Below are positions 60,167 to 64,000 of a stretch of DNA of 64,000 bases, one piece after another. The stretch spans positions 394,082-458,081 of the forward strand of contig CAVWIP010000017.1 of NCBI GenBank assembly GCA_963755125.1. Direction: 5' to 3'. Source of the stretch: an uncultured delta proteobacterium (GTDB taxonomy: Bacteria; Myxococcota_A; Polyangia; Fen-1088). Every line of letters starts with the position of its first letter. Within the stretch, counting starts at the first letter, position 1. A program made the position numbers and the translations under genes. The notes below the pieces were generated by a model. That model searched no databases. It saw nothing but the letters and a program-made list of their open reading frames with translations, and was not told where the DNA came from.

Positions 60167-61642
60167 TCAACCTTCGCCGAACTCCACCCGCGCCGGAACC
60201 TTGTGCGGCGCCAGGTGCCTGGCACAGTGGTCGATGAGTTGCTTGGGTGTGCAGGGACCATCGCGCTGCACACGAGCAATCACGCGTGAACCGCCGGCCT
60301 CGTCGTACTCCAGGCGAGCCTCGGCGGTGCGCACGTTTGCGAAAGCCTCCAGACAACCTTCCACCTCGCCCAGGGCCACACGCCGCCCGTCGACTTTGAC
60401 CAGGTCATCTTCCCGACCGTGCAGGATCAGCCGGCCATTCGCATCGACACTGCCGATGTCCCCGGTGCGCAACCAGCCGTCGCTGTGACAGCGACCGATG
60501 GGGATCTCCCTGTCCCGCGTGCGCAGACTGACCGGCGGAACGAAGGCCGACGAAACCCCCGCGCCGCGTACCCAGACCGGCCCACGCGCGCCCGCGGGTA
60601 TTGGACTGCCCAGACGATCAGCCACGCGAATCTCGACACCCGCGAAAGGCCGACCGACCGTGGTGGGATTCTGACCTTCCCAGTCGATAGTCACTGGGCC
60701 AGTCTCCATGGCCTGATAGCACGAGAGCAGGGGAACCTTGAATCGCTTGCGGAACGCCAGAGCCACCGCGGGGGTGAGCGGTTCGCCCGAACTGATGCAG
60801 CGGGTGCGGCGCGAGGGGCACGGCTTGGCGGTGGGCATGCGCGCCATGGCGGCGAACAGCGAGGGTGTGGCAGCCAGGACGTCGGCACTTTGCTCGGCCA
60901 GCAGCTTGGCCAGGCGGGCTGCGACCAACTCATCGTCGAGAACCAAACCAGCGCCCTGGGCCAAGGCCAAGCAAAGGCCGAGGTCGAACCCCTGGCTGGT
61001 GTGCAGTCCGGCGGCTGTGCTCACCCTGGTCGTGCCGTCGATTTTCAGGGTCGCGGCCAGGGCGGCGCCGATCCCATCCAGTTGGCGGCGTTCGCGCACC
61101 ACGCCCTTGGGATCGCCGCCGGCGTCCAGGGTGAAGAGCACGACCTCGGGGCGCGCGTGCAGCGTGAGCGGCGTGCGCTGGAAGGTGGCGCAGGTGAGCA
61201 GAGTCCCGGTTATTCGGCGACGGCTTTCGAGCACGGCGAAAGGTCGCTTCCTGGTCCGGTCTGCGGGCATAGTGTCTGCCGTCGCGGCAAAGGGCGTCTG
61301 GGTGTTGGGCCGCATGACCAGTGCCCGCAGGTGCGTCGCCGCGAAGATCATGTCGAGGTCTCGTCCGCCCAGGATCGGGTCGAGCGGCACCACGACGGCG
61401 TCCAGCTTGGACAGGGCGAGGGCCAGCACGACGAACTCCGGCACGCTGCCCAGCATGAGGCCAACCCAGTCGCCAGCCTCGATGCCGAGACCCTTCAGTT
61501 CGCTGGCGCGCCGGTTGACCCGATGGCGCAGCCCGTGCCACGAGAGGTAGGTGTCTCGGTAGATGAGCGCCTGGCCGCCTCCCGCAGCGGTTTCCCGGCG
61601 CGCGCCTGCGGCGTTGTCAAGCCATTCATACAGCAACGACAT
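60167..61642 (-). CDS. class I adenylate-forming (acyl-CoA ligase-like) protein with degenerate motifs
   Basis: GWLRTGDIG, GREDDLVKVDG intact; FTLDAGGDPKG replaces TSGxxGxPKG; ends HKVPARVEFGEG without terminal GK. Confidence 0.8.
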   Translation of the reverse strand: MSLLYEWLDNAAGARRETAAGGGQALIYRDTYLSWHGLRHRVNRRASELKGLGIEAGDWVGLMLGSVPEFVVLALALSKLDAVVVPLDPILGGRDLDMIFAATHLRALVMRPNTQTPFAATADTMPADRTRKRPFAVLESRRRITGTLLTCATFQRTPLTLHARPEVVLFTLDAGGDPKGVVRERRQLDGIGAALAATLKIDGTTRVSTAAGLHTSQGFDLGLCLALAQGAGLVLDDELVAARLAKLLAEQSADVLAATPSLFAAMARMPTAKPCPSRRTRCISSGEPLTPAVALAFRKRFKVPLLSCYQAMETGPVTIDWEGQNPTTVGRPFAGVEIRVADRLGSPIPAGARGPVWVRGAGVSSAFVPPVSLRTRDREIPIGRCHSDGWLRTGDIGSVDANGRLILHGREDDLVKVDGRRVALGEVEGCLEAFANVRTAEARLEYDEAGGSRVIARVQRDGPCTPKQLIDHCARHLAPHKVPARVEFGEG

Positions 61643-61781
61643 GCATGCACCCGGGACGAAGCCCACCCAGTGTACCCGTCGCGCCCGTCGGGAACAAGCG
61701 CCAACAGGCCCGAGGCGTGATCCGCGACGACCGGCGGGCGGGCAAGAGCAGGTGGTTGCGTCTTCCAGCCGGCAACGCCCT

Positions 61782-63860
61782 TCATGCCGCCTCGGTCCAG
61801 AACGGGGCTTGGGTTTCGGCATCAACAGGGGGCGAAGGCCGTTTTCTGCGCCACACGACAACTACCCACAACACGAAGGCCAAAGCGAAAAGGACAGAAA
61901 CCGTGGCCGCAGCAAGATAGAGCCATGGTCGGAAGAAAAACTCGATCTCGTGTATGCCCGCCTTGTTCACCGAAACGGAGCGCAGTCCCTGCGCGACGGG
62001 CCTGACCCGCGCGGGCGCACCGTCCACCACGGCATTCCACCCCGGGAAATAGACCTCGTTGAAGACCAGCGTCGTGTTCGCTGCCGTCTGCACATAATAG
62101 CGGACGCGATTGGGCGAGTAGTCGGCAATGGAGAACGTGACGGGAAAGGTGGCTGTCTGAAAATCCGAAAATGTCTCCGGGTAGCGTCCCGGAGTCATTC
62201 CCACCACCCGCGGGCCGCTCTGGATCCATGGGCCAAACCCAACGTCTAGCAAATGGGCAAAACGTGTCAGGCGAACGGGATTGTACTCGTTGGCGTGGAA
62301 GTGCTTGGCGATGTAGCCGTCAGCCGACGACTCGTCGACGAGCCTCGCCGGCTCGCCGATTCTGGGGTCGCCTGTTCCCGCGGTGGTGAAGTTGGTTTCG
62401 TGGCTGTTCTGCAGTCGCGTGTACTCAGCCCCGGAGATAGTCTCGCCCGCGGGGCTGAAAGTCACCATGACACCGTATCCGGCTTCCAGCACTACGATGG
62501 TCGTCAACATCCAGGCCAAGATCTTGCTCTGAAAGCGCACCAGAGCGAAGAGAGCGAGAAGCATACAGAGAACCTCGAAGATGGCGCCGGAGACGACGGA
62601 ATCGTCGTTCTTTTCGTAGAGCAAGTGCAGGACCGGGATACTGAGCAGATAGAACACGACTAGATAGCGAACAATTCGCTTGGCCAGGTTGCGGGCCGCC
62701 GTATGGTCCTGCGAGAGCAGGATCAATCCACCGCCCGCCAGCATCACCAGCGCCAGAACCACAAAAGCACGGCTGTCCGCCGCAGGGAAACGGGAGAGAT
62801 TGAGCACAGGAAAGAAGGTGTGGAGCGCCACGCGGACGAAAAAACTGCCACCGCAGGCCATGAGGAAGGAAAACAGGGCCGCTGCGCCCAGCAGCAGGAC
62901 ACGCCAGCCACGGGCATAAACCATGAAGATCACCGCGAGCACCACGGCCAAGGCGCCGAAGTAGAGGCCGCGCATGGAGATGTCCACTTCCTTGCCAGGC
63001 AGGGGTTGTCTGATCATGAACGAAAAGAAGAAGCCAAGAAGGTGTTTGGGCGCCAGGCTGCGGGCGGGATCCAGCACGTAGTCGACGGTCATGGGGGAGC
63101 CGCGGGTGAACTCCGCGCGTTCGAGCAGGAAAGGCAGCCAGTTGACCGCTGCCATGCCGATGCCGACGAGCCAGGCCCAGGCGTTGCGGGACAGGAGGGC
63201 CATGCGCGCCTTGGTTGACGGCTGCGCGAAAACTTGGGCCACGGTCAGCGCGCCACCCCACGCCAGGATCATCAGGTCCACCCCCAGGTAGCCCGCGGTG
63301 AGCAGCCAATAGAGCACGAAAGCCAAGAAGGGAGGCCCAAAGCGCGAGCTTTCGCTCTTGGCCAGTGCCACAGCCACGAAGAACCAGGGCATGAGGGCGA
63401 AGGCGGTCAGGATCGAAAGGTGTTCGAGGTGGCAAAACAGCAAGCCACTGAGCTCGAAACACAAACCAACGAAGATCGCTGCCATTCGATTGCGCCACAA
63501 CCAATGGGCCAGGGCGTAGGCGCCGATGCCGCCGATGGCCATCATGAGAAAGCTATGGATCTGCGCGATGCGCACCGAGTACCCGAAAACCGTTCCGATC
63601 AGGATCGAGAGCGGGGAATAGATCTGCGTCTGCGGATTGAGAAAGAACGGAACACCGGCCGCGACGTAGGGACACCACAGGGGCAAGAAACCGGCGCGTA
63701 TGGCGTCCCATCCGTAGATCAGCCAGGGCGCGCCCAGGGAACGGAAATCCCATGGGATCAGGCGATAGGGAACGCCATCGGGATCGAGCACCAGCAGGCG
63801 AACGAAAGCCGTCACTTCGACGGCGAGAAGCAAAGCGATGGACCCGAGGTGGCCAAACAT
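61782..63860 (-). CDS. YfhO-like GT-C membrane protein
   Basis: LPLWCPYVAAGVPF..NPQ..YSP; many TM helices; C-terminal LVFNEVYFPGWNAVVDG..GIHEIEFFFRP. Confidence 0.82.
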   Translation of the reverse strand: MFGHLGSIALLLAVEVTAFVRLLVLDPDGVPYRLIPWDFRSLGAPWLIYGWDAIRAGFLPLWCPYVAAGVPFFLNPQTQIYSPLSILIGTVFGYSVRIAQIHSFLMMAIGGIGAYALAHWLWRNRMAAIFVGLCFELSGLLFCHLEHLSILTAFALMPWFFVAVALAKSESSRFGPPFLAFVLYWLLTAGYLGVDLMILAWGGALTVAQVFAQPSTKARMALLSRNAWAWLVGIGMAAVNWLPFLLERAEFTRGSPMTVDYVLDPARSLAPKHLLGFFFSFMIRQPLPGKEVDISMRGLYFGALAVVLAVIFMVYARGWRVLLLGAAALFSFLMACGGSFFVRVALHTFFPVLNLSRFPAADSRAFVVLALVMLAGGGLILLSQDHTAARNLAKRIVRYLVVFYLLSIPVLHLLYEKNDDSVVSGAIFEVLCMLLALFALVRFQSKILAWMLTTIVVLEAGYGVMVTFSPAGETISGAEYTRLQNSHETNFTTAGTGDPRIGEPARLVDESSADGYIAKHFHANEYNPVRLTRFAHLLDVGFGPWIQSGPRVVGMTPGRYPETFSDFQTATFPVTFSIADYSPNRVRYYVQTAANTTLVFNEVYFPGWNAVVDGAPARVRPVAQGLRSVSVNKAGIHEIEFFFRPWLYLAAATVSVLFALAFVLWVVVVWRRKRPSPPVDAETQAPFWTEAA

Positions 63861-64000
63861 GCGTTCGTCGCAGTATAGGACGTGGGCGCGTTGCGTTCAT
63901 CAACTTATGTCGGAGAATCCCGCGCTGGGGCGCCTGACGGTTCGATGCGCGGATTTTCTGGCACGCCAGCGGCATGACGGTGGCGATCACGCTTTGGTTG

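Overview
High-GC chromosomal window, most consistent with a Myxococcota (Polyangia-like) bacterium. That taxonomy is inferred from GltJ/AgmX-like, DUF4388, FHA/Ser-Thr kinase and DUF507-type genes. It is mostly core genome: lepA-lepB, tyrA/aroA, parAB, serC, purA, pyrE, glnD, guaB-guaA, tRNA-Met, tRNA-Cys and a six-gene hydrogenase-4-like (Ehr-type) membrane complex whose large subunit lacks the NiFe-binding cysteines. A ~3.2 kb accessory patch between serC and purA holds a collapsed PIN-toxin/antitoxin pair, an intact RelE/ParE-type toxin-antitoxin pair, an IS110 element and a truncated dnaB. An IS4-family element with a perfect 9-bp target duplication sits just upstream of guaB. The strongest signal is the IS110 left end: a structured non-coding segment with two AG-ending stretches matching the element's own right end and its insertion site, as expected of a bridge/seek RNA. 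Other points of interest are several apparent pseudo-enzymes (FHA-fused CpaF-like ATPase without Walker A, a Zn-phospholipase-C-like protein without its His ligands, an adenylate-forming enzyme without P-loop or catalytic Lys), an unrecognised bipartite protein repeat, a long internally looped intergenic hairpin, REP-like palindromes and apparently leaderless promoters. All calls come from reading motifs by eye; no database searches or folding programs were run.
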